A DNA stretch of 64,000 bases from Acidimicrobiia bacterium (GCA_052387955.1 JBQTIQ010000011.1:3602-67601), one strand, 5' to 3'. Positions 50,937 through 60,117 are shown, counted from the first letter of the stretch. Notes: a model not told the origin generated them from the sequence alone. Numbers and translations: made by a program.

Positions 50937-51404
50937 ATGCGGCGGCGGGTCCGGCGGGGCCGGGAGGGGATGTTCCAAGTGCGGTTGCCCGACATCGAGC
51001 GCGACTTGCTGCTCAGCCTGGTCGGGCAATTGCGCGAACTGCTGGTCGCCGGTGAGCCCGACGGGCTCGAGCGGCTGTTCCCACCGGGCTACGCCAACGA
51101 CGAGGAACGCAACCGGGAGTGGTCGGCGATCACCCACGACGAGCTCCTGGACAAGCGGCTGGCCTCACTCGACCTCGTCGAGAAGACGGCCTCGGCTCGC
51201 GAGGTCGACGAGGCCGGGCTGACGGCGTGGATGGCGGCGGTCAACGACCTGCGCCTGGTGCTCGGTACCCGGCTCGGCATCACCGAGGACGACGACGGGC
51301 TGGCCGAGCTGGGCGCCGAGGACGCCGGCGGCGCCGCCCCGGCGGTGTACGCCTACCTGACCCAGTTGCTCGGAGAGATCGTGTACGCCCTGGCCAACTG
51401 GTGA
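50937..51404 (+). CDS. DUF2017-family protein (usual ClpS neighbour in Actinomycetota)
   Basis: Trimmed to ATG 50937. The acidic helical protein (LFPPGYANDEERNREW..., AVNDLRLVLGTRLGITED) matches the family normally found after clpS. Confidence 0.7.
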   Translation: MRRRVRRGREGMFQVRLPDIERDLLLSLVGQLRELLVAGEPDGLERLFPPGYANDEERNREWSAITHDELLDKRLASLDLVEKTASAREVDEAGLTAWMAAVNDLRLVLGTRLGITEDDDGLAELGAEDAGGAAPAVYAYLTQLLGEIVYALANW

Positions 51405-51509
51405 CCTCACGTCGCGCCCCTTGTGTCCTTCCCGGCCCCACCCCCGGCCGGAGCATCCGACGGGCCAACCGGACCGGGCAGGGGCCGACGGGACCGGGCG
51501 ACGTGCCGG

Positions 51510-53321
51510 TCACCCCAGCAACGGGGCGCAGGCGCCGATGGCTTCGCCGAAGGCGACGGCGGTCGACGGCACCGGCTCGTCGTCGGGCCCGAGGGACTGC
51601 ACCTCGACGACCTGGTCGAAGCTGAGCCGCCGCAGGACGCAGTCGGAGGCGGCGAAGGCCGAGGTGACGTCGCCGTCGACCTGCTCCTCCAGTGCGCCCT
51701 GCATGAGGTCGGACCGAAAGCGGGCCACGTCGAGGGCCTCGAAGGACCGGTTGTTGACGACGGCCTCTGCCGTCGGGCCGGGATCGCAGGCCTCGACCAG
51801 CAGCTCGGGCCCCCGGTCGCCGACCGAGGCGGCGCCGGCCGGCATGGCCGCAGCCCAGTCGTCGAGCGCCCCCCGCAGGGTGGCGACCGCATCGGTGTCC
51901 TTGGCGGCGAAGGCAAGGCGCATGCAGGTGCGGCCCGACTGGTCATAGGCCACGTAGGCATCGCCGGCCCATCCGTCGGCTGCACCCAGTGCCCGGACCG
52001 GGTCGATGCGCTCGGCCAGCACCAGGTACAGCGCCACCGCGCCGAAGTCGCCCTCGTCGGTGCTCACCGCGATCCCCTCGGGCAGGGCCGGGGCCGCCAC
52101 CGCCGTCACCGGGCGGTCGTCGAAATGGGCGCGGGGCGTGAGCAGTTCGTTGTCGGAGCCGGGAGGCGCCCGCAGGGCGGCGTCGACGCCACGGTCGCCC
52201 TCGCCCGCCTCGAGCAGTCGGACCAGGGGGGCACCCAGGATGTACGGGGCGCCCTGGAAGGCCTGGAGGGCCTCAGGGACCCCGCTCAGGCCGGCGCTGG
52301 CCCCGTCGAATTCCACCTGCGCGGCCCGGAAGTACTCGTCCTGGTCCGTCTCCGACAGTGAGGCGACGTACTCGTCCTCGATGCGCACGGCGTCGCCCTC
52401 CACCAGGGCGCGGAACGCTGACTGGGCCCCGCTGCTGGGAAGGCCCTCGAGCCGGGATTCGCCGATGTCGAAGTTCTGGTCCTGGAGGACGTGGACGAGT
52501 TCGTGCACCAGCGTGACCTCGAGGCTGACCGACATCTCGCGGCCCCGGACCGCGATCCGCTCCGACTCGGTGTCGTAGAAGGCCAAGGTGCCGGCGTCGC
52601 TCAGGTCGTTGCCGGCGGCCACGAGGTCGACCTCGCCGGCGGCCAGCCCGACCGCCCGCAGCTCACCGACGGCGGTGTCGATCGAGGCCCGGTCCTCGGG
52701 GGTCAGCTCGCCGGCGTCGGTGCGGGCCCGCTCGGAGTACTCGGAGGCGGTGAGGAAGTCGATGTGGACGGGGTGGGCGAACGCCAGGTCCCGATGACCC
52801 TCGACGAAGCTGACCAGCTCGGCCGCCCGCGGGTCCCACTGGTCGGGGAACGCGGGCCCCTGATCGTCGTCGGACGTGAACACGAACGCCCGGCCCACGA
52901 ACGCGGCCACGACGGCCGCTATGACGAGCGCGGCGACGGCGCCGGCCCGGTTGCGGTCTCGCCCGGTGCCGGGGGCAGGTGGTGGCGACGGGGTGGTCGA
53001 GGCCGCCGGGACAGGCCAGGCCGGCGGCGGGGACGACGTTGGCGGCTGGACCGGCGACGGCCGGGCCGGCGCCACCGGCGGGGAGGGCGGCGACAGCAGG
53101 AGGCCGAGCCCCGGGCCCCCGGTCCTGCCGGTGTCGGGAGGGGCACCGCCGATGCCGAGTTGGCAGAACTTGCACGAATCCCAGTCAGCCGGCACGGCGA
53201 GGGTGCATCGAGGGCAGATGGCGGCGGCGATGGGCACGAGAGGGGTTCCGTCCTGTTCTCCCGCCACCTGCGGCGGGCGTCCTATCCGTCGGCCGGGGGC
53301 CGACGCCGCGTTAGGGCTCAC
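51510..53321 (-). CDS. Membrane-anchored putative zinc metalloprotease with N-terminal zinc ribbon
   Basis: CPRC...CKFC ribbon, a Pro-rich linker, one TM helix (AVAALVIAAVVAAFVG), and an extracytoplasmic domain with HELVH and a downstream EGDA. An alternative start is GTG 53237. Confidence 0.6.
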   Translation of the reverse strand: MSPNAASAPGRRIGRPPQVAGEQDGTPLVPIAAAICPRCTLAVPADWDSCKFCQLGIGGAPPDTGRTGGPGLGLLLSPPSPPVAPARPSPVQPPTSSPPPAWPVPAASTTPSPPPAPGTGRDRNRAGAVAALVIAAVVAAFVGRAFVFTSDDDQGPAFPDQWDPRAAELVSFVEGHRDLAFAHPVHIDFLTASEYSERARTDAGELTPEDRASIDTAVGELRAVGLAAGEVDLVAAGNDLSDAGTLAFYDTESERIAVRGREMSVSLEVTLVHELVHVLQDQNFDIGESRLEGLPSSGAQSAFRALVEGDAVRIEDEYVASLSETDQDEYFRAAQVEFDGASAGLSGVPEALQAFQGAPYILGAPLVRLLEAGEGDRGVDAALRAPPGSDNELLTPRAHFDDRPVTAVAAPALPEGIAVSTDEGDFGAVALYLVLAERIDPVRALGAADGWAGDAYVAYDQSGRTCMRLAFAAKDTDAVATLRGALDDWAAAMPAGAASVGDRGPELLVEACDPGPTAEAVVNNRSFEALDVARFRSDLMQGALEEQVDGDVTSAFAASDCVLRRLSFDQVVEVQSLGPDDEPVPSTAVAFGEAIGACAPLLG

Positions 53322-53472
53322 GCCAGGACTACTTGGCCGTCTCGCCGGCCGGACGACCGCCCTGGCGGCGTCCTCGGCCTCACCGCAGATACGCGGATTG
53401 CGCCTTCGACCTGCGTCCTTGCCCGCGACGCCAGCCCGGCCGAAATAGCCAACGAACCAACCGGACGGGGCA

Positions 53473-54306
53473 CTAGCTCACAGGGTGAAAGTAGGCGCCG
53501 GCGGTCCCAGGCCCGGTGTGGGCGCCGACCGACGGGCCGATGCGATAGCGCAGCAGCTCGTCCACCGCCGGGTGCCGGGACAGGCGGTCTTCGAGCGCGA
53601 GGCGCAGGGGCGCGGCGCCGATGTCGGCGACGCCCACGGCCACCCGCACCCGCGCCCCCAGTTCGGGCCGGGTGCAGTAGTCGGCCATGACCTCGGCTGC
53701 GGTCTCGAGGTCCCGGGCGTGGGCAACGGTCCTGACCTCGCCCCCGTCGAGGGAGAGCACCGGGGTACCGGCGCCGGTGGCGTCGACGACGATGCGCCCA
53801 CCGGCCCGGGCCAGGTCCAGCGCACCCACCGTGAACACGTTGCCGACCAGGGCACCCAACCGTTCGGCCCGTAGCGCGGCTTCGTCGATGCCGGCGCCGG
53901 CGGCCACCGCCTCCGCCGCGGCCCGTACGCAGTAGGAGACCCCGAACGACGAGGTGCCGGTGTCGACCAGGCGAACGGGGACGTCGGCCGCCGTCGCCGC
54001 CACCCGGGCGCTGTTGAGGGTCCCGGAGATGGCCGAGCCGAGGTGGACCGAGAGGATCTCGTCCGCCCCCCGGGCCGCCGCCCGCTTGTAGGCGTCGGCG
54101 AACCGTCCGGGGCTGGGCTGGGACGTGGCCACCGTCGGACGGGCCCGGCCGGCGAAGCGGGCGTAGAAGCCGTCGGCGTCCAGGTCGACGCCCTCGGCGT
54201 ACTCCGCGCCGTCGATCACCACGGTCAGGGCCACGACCTCGATCCCGTACCGACGGGCCCACTCGGCGCTGATCTGGCTGTTGGAGTCGGTGACGATCCC
54301 GATCAC
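53473..54306 (-). CDS. DegV-family fatty-acid-binding protein
   Basis: GTG 54306 overlaps the plsY stop (GTGA). IGIVTDSNSQI...TSQPSPG...SVHLGSAISGT are typical DegV blocks. Confidence 0.85.
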   Translation of the reverse strand: MIGIVTDSNSQISAEWARRYGIEVVALTVVIDGAEYAEGVDLDADGFYARFAGRARPTVATSQPSPGRFADAYKRAAARGADEILSVHLGSAISGTLNSARVAATAADVPVRLVDTGTSSFGVSYCVRAAAEAVAAGAGIDEAALRAERLGALVGNVFTVGALDLARAGGRIVVDATGAGTPVLSLDGGEVRTVAHARDLETAAEVMADYCTRPELGARVRVAVGVADIGAAPLRLALEDRLSRHPAVDELLRYRIGPSVGAHTGPGTAGAYFHPVS

Positions 54307-55022
54307 CGCGGTGCCTCGGTGGCCGCCCCGGCGGGAGGCCCGTCGGCGCCGGGCCGGCGCCGGCCCGGCAGGTAGCGGTCGAGGCCTCGGTCGGCGGGGG
54401 CGGGGTCGACCCGGGCCGGTGTGCGGGCGAATCGGTAGATGATCACCGCGCTGGAGGCGGCCGCGGCCAGGGGCAGGCCCGGCGAGGGCCGTGGGCCCCA
54501 GAGGTTGGGCCACTGCTTGGTGGCCCACAGCCCGCCTGCTGCCACCCAGGCCACGCACCCGATCACGGTGCTGGCGAAAGCCCGGCGCTTCCACCGGGGC
54601 ACCATCCCCGAGCCGACCATGACGGCGACGTCGATGGGGACGTAGGCCGGGAAGGTGGCGAGGCACTGGCCGGCGCTGGTGGCCACGCCCTTGCCGCCCC
54701 GGAACCCGCTCCACACCGGGAAGCAGTGCCCGACGACGGCGGCGGTGCCGGCCACGTGGGCGCCGAGCTCGCCGGCGAGGCACCGGCCCAGCCCGCAGCC
54801 CGACGCGCCTTTGGCGATGTCGGCCACCAGCACCCCGTAGCCCCACGTGCGGCCCAGCACCTCCATCGCGTTGGCCGCACCGGGGTTGCCGCTCCCCGAA
54901 CGCCGAAGGTCGGCCCCGCTCCCCGCCAACCGGGCGGCAGCGTCGGCCGCCGGGATGGTGCCGGCCAGATAGCCGACGACCCCGGCCCCCAGGAGGCGCC
55001 AGCCCCGCCCGCCGTCCCCCAT
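54303..55022 (-). CDS. plsY: Glycerol-3-phosphate acyltransferase PlsY
   Basis: SGNPGAANA motif, HCFPVW..FRGGKGVAT, 5-6 TM. Confidence 0.9.
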   Translation of the reverse strand: MGDGGRGWRLLGAGVVGYLAGTIPAADAAARLAGSGADLRRSGSGNPGAANAMEVLGRTWGYGVLVADIAKGASGCGLGRCLAGELGAHVAGTAAVVGHCFPVWSGFRGGKGVATSAGQCLATFPAYVPIDVAVMVGSGMVPRWKRRAFASTVIGCVAWVAAGGLWATKQWPNLWGPRPSPGLPLAAAASSAVIIYRFARTPARVDPAPADRGLDRYLPGRRRPGADGPPAGAATEAPR

Positions 55023-55086
55023 GGCCGGGAAACGGTAGCGGGGACCAGGCTGCTACCTTGCCCCCGAGCGCCCCAGGGAGCCACCT

Positions 55087-55162
55087 GCCCCCATCGTCCA
55101 GAGGCCTAGGACACCACCCTTTCAAGGTGGCGACACGGGTTCGAATCCCGTTGGGGGTACCA
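55087..55162 (+). tRNA. tRNA-Glu (anticodon UUC), CCA encoded
   Basis: Cloverleaf folded by hand. Acceptor GCCCCCA/TGGGGGT, anticodon loop CTTTCAA, T-arm ACGGG-TTCGAAT-CCCGT, then A-CCA. Confidence 0.9.
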
Positions 55163-55333
55163 GACAATCCTCTTTCGAACCTTGGCCGGCATACGCCGGC
55201 CAGTTGGCTTCTCGGAGCCAGGACCTTTCCGGCTGAGGCCGCAGCCGTCAGTACAGACCACGGCCCGGTCCTGGCCGTGTCTTGCCAGCCAAGTGGTTCG
55301 TAATTCATGCTAGAAGGGCCGTACAATATGCAT

Positions 55334-55705
55334 ATGCGACACGCAAGCAGTGAACAAAAGGCACAAGTCACTATCGGAAAGTTTCAGAATGTCGATATGC
55401 GTGTTGCTCGCGTGACTGCAGCACCGCTCGCCGAAGGAACACAGTTCCCGTGCCGTGTACTTGTGCTCGATGTCGGCCCTCTTGGTGAGCGCACGTCAGT
55501 CGGTCGGTACGTTCTGCTTGACGAGGCCGATCTGGTGGGGAAGAACGTCATCGCGTGCGTGAACCTTGGAAGTCGGGAGATGGGCCCATACACGTCGGAC
55601 GCGCTGGTCCTTGGTACTGATCACCCGGCTTCGCCGGCCGATGAGTCGCAAGCAACACCTCTCTTGGCAGACCCCAGGGCAACTCCCGGACACGAGATCT
55701 TCTAG
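55334..55705 (+). CDS. tRNA-binding-domain protein (CsaA/Trbp111-like OB fold)
   Basis: IGKFQNVDMRVARV...LVGKNVIACVNLGSREMGPYTSDALVLG is collinear with CsaA. A TACAAT hexamer at 55322-55327 suggests a leaderless start at ATG 55334. In-frame ATGs also occur at 55307 and 55328. Confidence 0.7.
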   Translation: MRHASSEQKAQVTIGKFQNVDMRVARVTAAPLAEGTQFPCRVLVLDVGPLGERTSVGRYVLLDEADLVGKNVIACVNLGSREMGPYTSDALVLGTDHPASPADESQATPLLADPRATPGHEIF

Positions 55706-55906
55706 TCCACCCGACGGCGTGTCCATGTCCCACCTACGAAGGGCACGTTGATGGACAGACCGGACGGGGGCGTCGGCTCAGCAAGGGTCGGATCTCAGAC
55801 GAGATCCGTAGGTAGTGCTTGGGGTGAGGTGGTCAGGCCGGGCAACGGATGACAGTCGTCGCTGCCTCTACTGGCTTCGCGTTTCGAGCGCGTGCACCAG
55901 CGGCGG

Positions 55907-56323
55907 CTACTCGTCGATCGGGAAGTTGACCTCGATCTCGATGCCGTCGGGATCGTCGAACAGCAGCTGGTGCACGCCGTAGTCGGCCAGCGTCCGGGCG
56001 ACGTAGGCGACTCCGGCCCGGTCGAGGCGGGCCACGAAGTCGTCGCGGTCGGTGGCGTTGAAGGCCACGTGCTCCATGTTGCCGGTGCTCCGCTCGGGGC
56101 CGTCGCCGTAGGACGGGGCCTGACGGCCGAGGAAGTCGTCGAGGGCGGGGCCGGCCCCGAGCATGTGGACGACGGCCTGGTCGCCGAGGAACAGCAGGGC
56201 GAACGGGAAGTCGAAGCTGTCGAGCCGTTCGAGCCGCATGGCCATGACATCGACGTAGAAGCGGGCCGAGACCTCGACGTCGCGCGCTCGGATCGTGTAG
56301 TGGTCGAACATGGTCAAGGGCAT
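55907..56323 (-). CDS. VOC-family (glyoxalase/bleomycin-resistance/dioxygenase) protein
   Basis: Trimmed to ATG 56323. FDHYTIRARDVE..SARFY...MEHVAF...DPDGIEIE follows the VOC pattern. Confidence 0.75.
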   Translation of the reverse strand: MPLTMFDHYTIRARDVEVSARFYVDVMAMRLERLDSFDFPFALLFLGDQAVVHMLGAGPALDDFLGRQAPSYGDGPERSTGNMEHVAFNATDRDDFVARLDRAGVAYVARTLADYGVHQLLFDDPDGIEIEVNFPIDE

Positions 56324-56487
56324 GACCGCAGGCCTCCCGACTAGCTGTGCGTGGCCGGCCGGCACTCCGGCCCGGACCGTCCGATCGTACGCTCGGACCG
56401 AATGGCGAGGGCGCGGACCGGTGCCGCAGCTGTCCGGCGACGACAACGGCGAGTAGCACGAGGGCGCCCAGCGGGTAGCCATGGGCC

Positions 56488-56841
56488 ATGGCGTCCTACA
56501 CGGTCAACCACGACGGCGTCGCCAAGTGCCGGTCGATGATCGACGCCCACCAGTACGTGCTCGAGAGCACCTGGCAGGACGCCCAGCCCAGCGCCGCTGA
56601 CCAGAACGGCTACCTCGAGCGCCACCGCTGGGACGAGTACGGGTCCTGGCACCTCGGTCTGACCGACGGGGCCTCGGAGGAGACCAAGTCCCGTCACGCC
56701 TTCGTCTTCGGCGACTTCCGGCGAGTGCACCGCTCGGCCCTGATCGCCTGCGTGTTCCGGGCTGCGGAGTGGCACCACAAGGCGATCGAGATCGCGGCCC
56801 ACGACCTGCTCCAGCACCTGGACGACGTCGCCGGCGGCTGA
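56488..56841 (+). CDS. Hypothetical protein
   Basis: 117 aa of ordinary, non-shadow composition. I recognise no motif. Confidence 0.5.
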   Translation: MASYTVNHDGVAKCRSMIDAHQYVLESTWQDAQPSAADQNGYLERHRWDEYGSWHLGLTDGASEETKSRHAFVFGDFRRVHRSALIACVFRAAEWHHKAIEIAAHDLLQHLDDVAGG

Positions 56842-56975
56842 CAGGAAGGAGCGCCCAGGGAGGGGAGGGGGTGGGAAGAAAAAGAAGCCCCCCGGTCGAC
56901 ACGCGAGTGCGGTCAGTACCACCGGTCGCCCGGTCCCCTTCCTCGACGCTCCTTCGCCGCTCCCTTCAGTCCGTT

Positions 56976-57440
56976 TCAGTTCGAGCCGGCGCCGGCCCAG
57001 CGGTCGTCGTACACCGAGCCGACGACCGCTTGCAGCTGCCGAACCTGCTCTCCGCTGCCGGCTCGCTGCTCGCGGACCGTGCACGAGCAGCCCGGGTGGG
57101 CCCGGTCGGCCTCGGCCGTGTCGGCGTCGGCGTAGTAGCGGTGGGCGGCGTGGGCCTTGCAGGCGACACAAGCGTGTTGCCGCCTGCTCGAGAGCCGCCA
57201 CACGACGACGGCGCCGGAAACGTCGGACAGGTCCGACCGGTCCTCGTCCGACGACCGGGAGTCCCGATCGCGATCGGACCGGGCGGCGGTCGAGTCGTCA
57301 CGGTCCGCCGGCAGGCCCAAGGCGCCCGAACCGCCGCCGTCGGTGCACGCCCCGAGCAACGGCGGCCCCACCAGTGCCAGGCCGGCAACGCCGGCCGCCG
57401 AGCGCAGAAAGCTCCTCCTCGGCCACAGGCTTTCGGTCAT
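56976..57440 (-). CDS. Small Tat-signal protein with a Cys/His-rich C-terminal half
   Basis: Trimmed to ATG 57440. Tat motif PRRSFLRSAAGVAGLAL plus GAC. An acidic/Ser-Arg linker is followed by HACVACKAHAAHRYY...AHPGCSC. Confidence 0.55.
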   Translation of the reverse strand: MTESLWPRRSFLRSAAGVAGLALVGPPLLGACTDGGGSGALGLPADRDDSTAARSDRDRDSRSSDEDRSDLSDVSGAVVVWRLSSRRQHACVACKAHAAHRYYADADTAEADRAHPGCSCTVREQRAGSGEQVRQLQAVVGSVYDDRWAGAGSN

Positions 57441-57567
57441 CGGGGCGAAGGGTAGACCGGCGGCAGGTCTGCGCTCCGAGAAAGGCGCCCGGGCCCAGCC
57501 GAGGGCGACGGTCCGTGGTGCCACCCGCTCTCACCGGCGGAAGGAACCGGTCGCCAGGGCCAGCGAA

Positions 57568-59220
57568 CTACCCGCCGGCGTACGGCACCGGGCCCGGCGG
57601 CGAGCCCGAGAGGGCCGCGACGGCCGTCTGGACCGGGCCACCCATGTCGGTACCGTCACCCCCCTCGCCGCCGGCGCACCGGCGGCCAGCAGCCGGCAGC
57701 CGCGCGGGCCGGGGGCGGGCCCGGACCGAACGGTCCCGCCCCGAGCGCTTGGCCTCGTACAGCGCCTCGTCGGCCCGGGTGAGCAGGGCGACGGGGTCGG
57801 AGGCGTTGGTCGGGTAGGTGGCCACGCCCGCGCTGACGGTCACCGGGGTCACCGCAGCGCGGGCGATGGCGGCCCGCAGGCGTTCGGCGGTGGCCCAGGC
57901 GTCGACGCTGGCGCAGCCGGGTAGCAGGATCGCCAACTCCTCACCCCCGTAGCGGGCGGGTACGTCGACGGCTCGGGCGACGGCCATGACCGCCGTCCCC
58001 GCCGCCCGCAGCACGGCATCGCCGGCCTGATGGCCGAACGTGTCGTTGACGACCTTGAAGTTGTCGATGTCGAGCAGCACCAGGCTGAGCGGGCGCCGGT
58101 CCCGCTGGGCGCGGGCGACCAACAGCACGAGTTGCTCGTCGAAGACCCGGCGGTTGGCCAGTCCGGTCAACGAGTCGCGGGTGGCCAGGCGTGCGACCTC
58201 GACGGCCAGGCGGGCCCGCTCGATCTCCAGTGCGGCCCGGGCCACAGCCGCCTCGGCGGTGGCCAGCGTGTTGGCCCGGAGGGGCTCCAGGCGCCGGTTG
58301 GGCCACTCCGCCACGACCGCCAGCCGGTACGTGCCCGGTTGCGCCAGCACGACGACGTCACGGGCTCCGGGCAGCACACGGGCAATGACGGGCGCCGCGG
58401 CGGCGTCGACACGGCGGAGTAGGAGAGGCTGGCGCGCCTCCTCCCAGGCCCGCTCGAGCACGGCGTCCACCATGCCGGCGCCCTCGAAGCCGGAGACGCT
58501 CTCGCCCTCGCCGACAGCTCCCCACCACCGGCCGGGGCCGTCGACGACGACGGCGACGCGGCCGAAGCCCAGTCGGGTCGACATCGTGCGGGCCAACGCG
58601 CCGACGATGTCACCGCAGCTGCCGGCGCAGTCGAGGAGGAGGCCCAAGTCGGCCAGCGAGCGCAGCGATTCGGCGCCGCGACGGAGGGCGTGCTCGTTGA
58701 GGGCGGCAAAGGCGGCGACACCGACGGCCACCACCACGTAGCCGAGGGCGTTCGCAGCCACCGACGACAGGTCCACCCCGGTGCCGCCCGGCGAACGCCC
58801 GTTGAGGGCGAGGACGGTGGCGGCGAAGAGCAGTCCCCCGTGCCACAACGACACCTTGAGCCCGGTCCGGTAGCTGACCAGGACGGTGGCCGCGGTGAGG
58901 TGCAGGAAGACGAGGAAGACGATCGGGCTGCGGTCGCGCCCGGTGAAGTCGACGGCGACGGCCAGCATCACCGCATCGACCAGCAACAGGGCGGTGACCA
59001 CCCGGGCCGAGCGCGGGCACAGCCGTCGGCGAGCAGCTTCGGTGGCGGTGGTCCCGCACAGGTACCCCAGCGCCAAGCCGGCCAGTTCCGCCCGGTGCAC
59101 GACTTCGGGGAGCCGGGTGGCGGCGATGCAGACGGCGACGGTGATCACGACGCGCACCGCGTGCACCATCAACAAGCGGTCAAAGCGGTAGCCCGACAGC
59201 CAACCCGACCCGATCGTCAC
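57568..59220 (-). CDS. Membrane-bound diguanylate cyclase (GGDEF domain, GGEEL variant)
   Basis: About 6 N-terminal TM helices, a GAF-like middle region, and a C-terminal LTGLANRR...DIDNFKVVND...RYGGEELAILL with an RAVD I-site 5 residues upstream. Confidence 0.85.
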   Translation of the reverse strand: MTIGSGWLSGYRFDRLLMVHAVRVVITVAVCIAATRLPEVVHRAELAGLALGYLCGTTATEAARRRLCPRSARVVTALLLVDAVMLAVAVDFTGRDRSPIVFLVFLHLTAATVLVSYRTGLKVSLWHGGLLFAATVLALNGRSPGGTGVDLSSVAANALGYVVVAVGVAAFAALNEHALRRGAESLRSLADLGLLLDCAGSCGDIVGALARTMSTRLGFGRVAVVVDGPGRWWGAVGEGESVSGFEGAGMVDAVLERAWEEARQPLLLRRVDAAAAPVIARVLPGARDVVVLAQPGTYRLAVVAEWPNRRLEPLRANTLATAEAAVARAALEIERARLAVEVARLATRDSLTGLANRRVFDEQLVLLVARAQRDRRPLSLVLLDIDNFKVVNDTFGHQAGDAVLRAAGTAVMAVARAVDVPARYGGEELAILLPGCASVDAWATAERLRAAIARAAVTPVTVSAGVATYPTNASDPVALLTRADEALYEAKRSGRDRSVRARPRPARLPAAGRRCAGGEGGDGTDMGGPVQTAVAALSGSPPGPVPYAGG

Positions 59221-59939
59221 CGGAACCGGACCACGTCTTCCTGCTCGTCGGTCAGCGCCCGACGAAGGCGCCGGTCGCCGCCGCCGCCGGCGCCTTGGAA
59301 CATCAGCAGGAGACCGACGACGGCGGCGCCGGCGATCGGGTTCCGGAACGACGACACGGTCTCGCGCACGGCCTCGAACGCGGGCAGGGCGGGCGTGGGG
59401 GCCTCGTCCGTCGTCGGCTGGTCGACCGGGCCATGGGCCTCGACCAGGGCTCGGGGCGGCTCCGGCTCGGTGACGCTGCCGTCGACGGGACGGTCGGCCA
59501 CGGCCGTCCCTTCCTCGTCAGGCACCGCGGGACCAGGCGCCGGCGTCGGCACGGGGGCCCCGGGTAGGGCCAGGGGCAGGTGGAGACCGGGCAGCTCGAT
59601 CGGCGGGACGTCGATCGGGGGGACCTCGATCGGGGCGAGCCCGATCGGAGGGACGTCGAGGACCAGCGGAGGGACCCTCACCGGGGGCAGACCGAGGACG
59701 GGCAGGGCGATCGGCCCCAGCAACGAGCCCAGGTCCAGCGGCGGCAGGTCGATCGCGGGGACGCCCACCGGCACCGTGGTCGGTGGCACGGCGATCGCCA
59801 CCGGGCCCAACGCGCTCGACTGGGCCGAGGCAGCTCCGGCTGTGACCACGCCGGCGCCGATCCCGATCGCCGTCACCATCAGCCCGACCAGCACCGCAGA
59901 ACATCGACGCCTGGCGGGCGTCGTGATCTTCAAGGCCAC
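59217..59939 (-). CDS. Proline-rich repeat protein with signal peptide and C-terminal TM anchor
   Basis: GTG 59939 gives VALKITTPARRRCSAVLVGLMVTAIGIGAG.... The (V/L)PPI(D/E) repeats are encoded by a 15-nt tandem. The C-terminus is IAGAAVVGLLLMF plus a basic tail. The stop overlaps the cyclase start (GTGA). Confidence 0.55.
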   Translation of the reverse strand: MALKITTPARRRCSAVLVGLMVTAIGIGAGVVTAGAASAQSSALGPVAIAVPPTTVPVGVPAIDLPPLDLGSLLGPIALPVLGLPPVRVPPLVLDVPPIGLAPIEVPPIDVPPIELPGLHLPLALPGAPVPTPAPGPAVPDEEGTAVADRPVDGSVTEPEPPRALVEAHGPVDQPTTDEAPTPALPAFEAVRETVSSFRNPIAGAAVVGLLLMFQGAGGGGDRRLRRALTDEQEDVVRFR

Positions 59940-60117
59940 GGGTGCATCATCGACCGCCGGATGCCCGAACGTGAGCGCTCGTCTCCGGTACCGCCTCGTC
60001 CCGGCACGGTCGGGAGCCGGTCCACCCAACGGGGCCGACGCTCAACCCGGGCGCGGGACCGATGGCAGGATGCATCCTCCGGGAACCGCGACGCGGGGGT
60101 GAGCCGTCGAATGGCCA

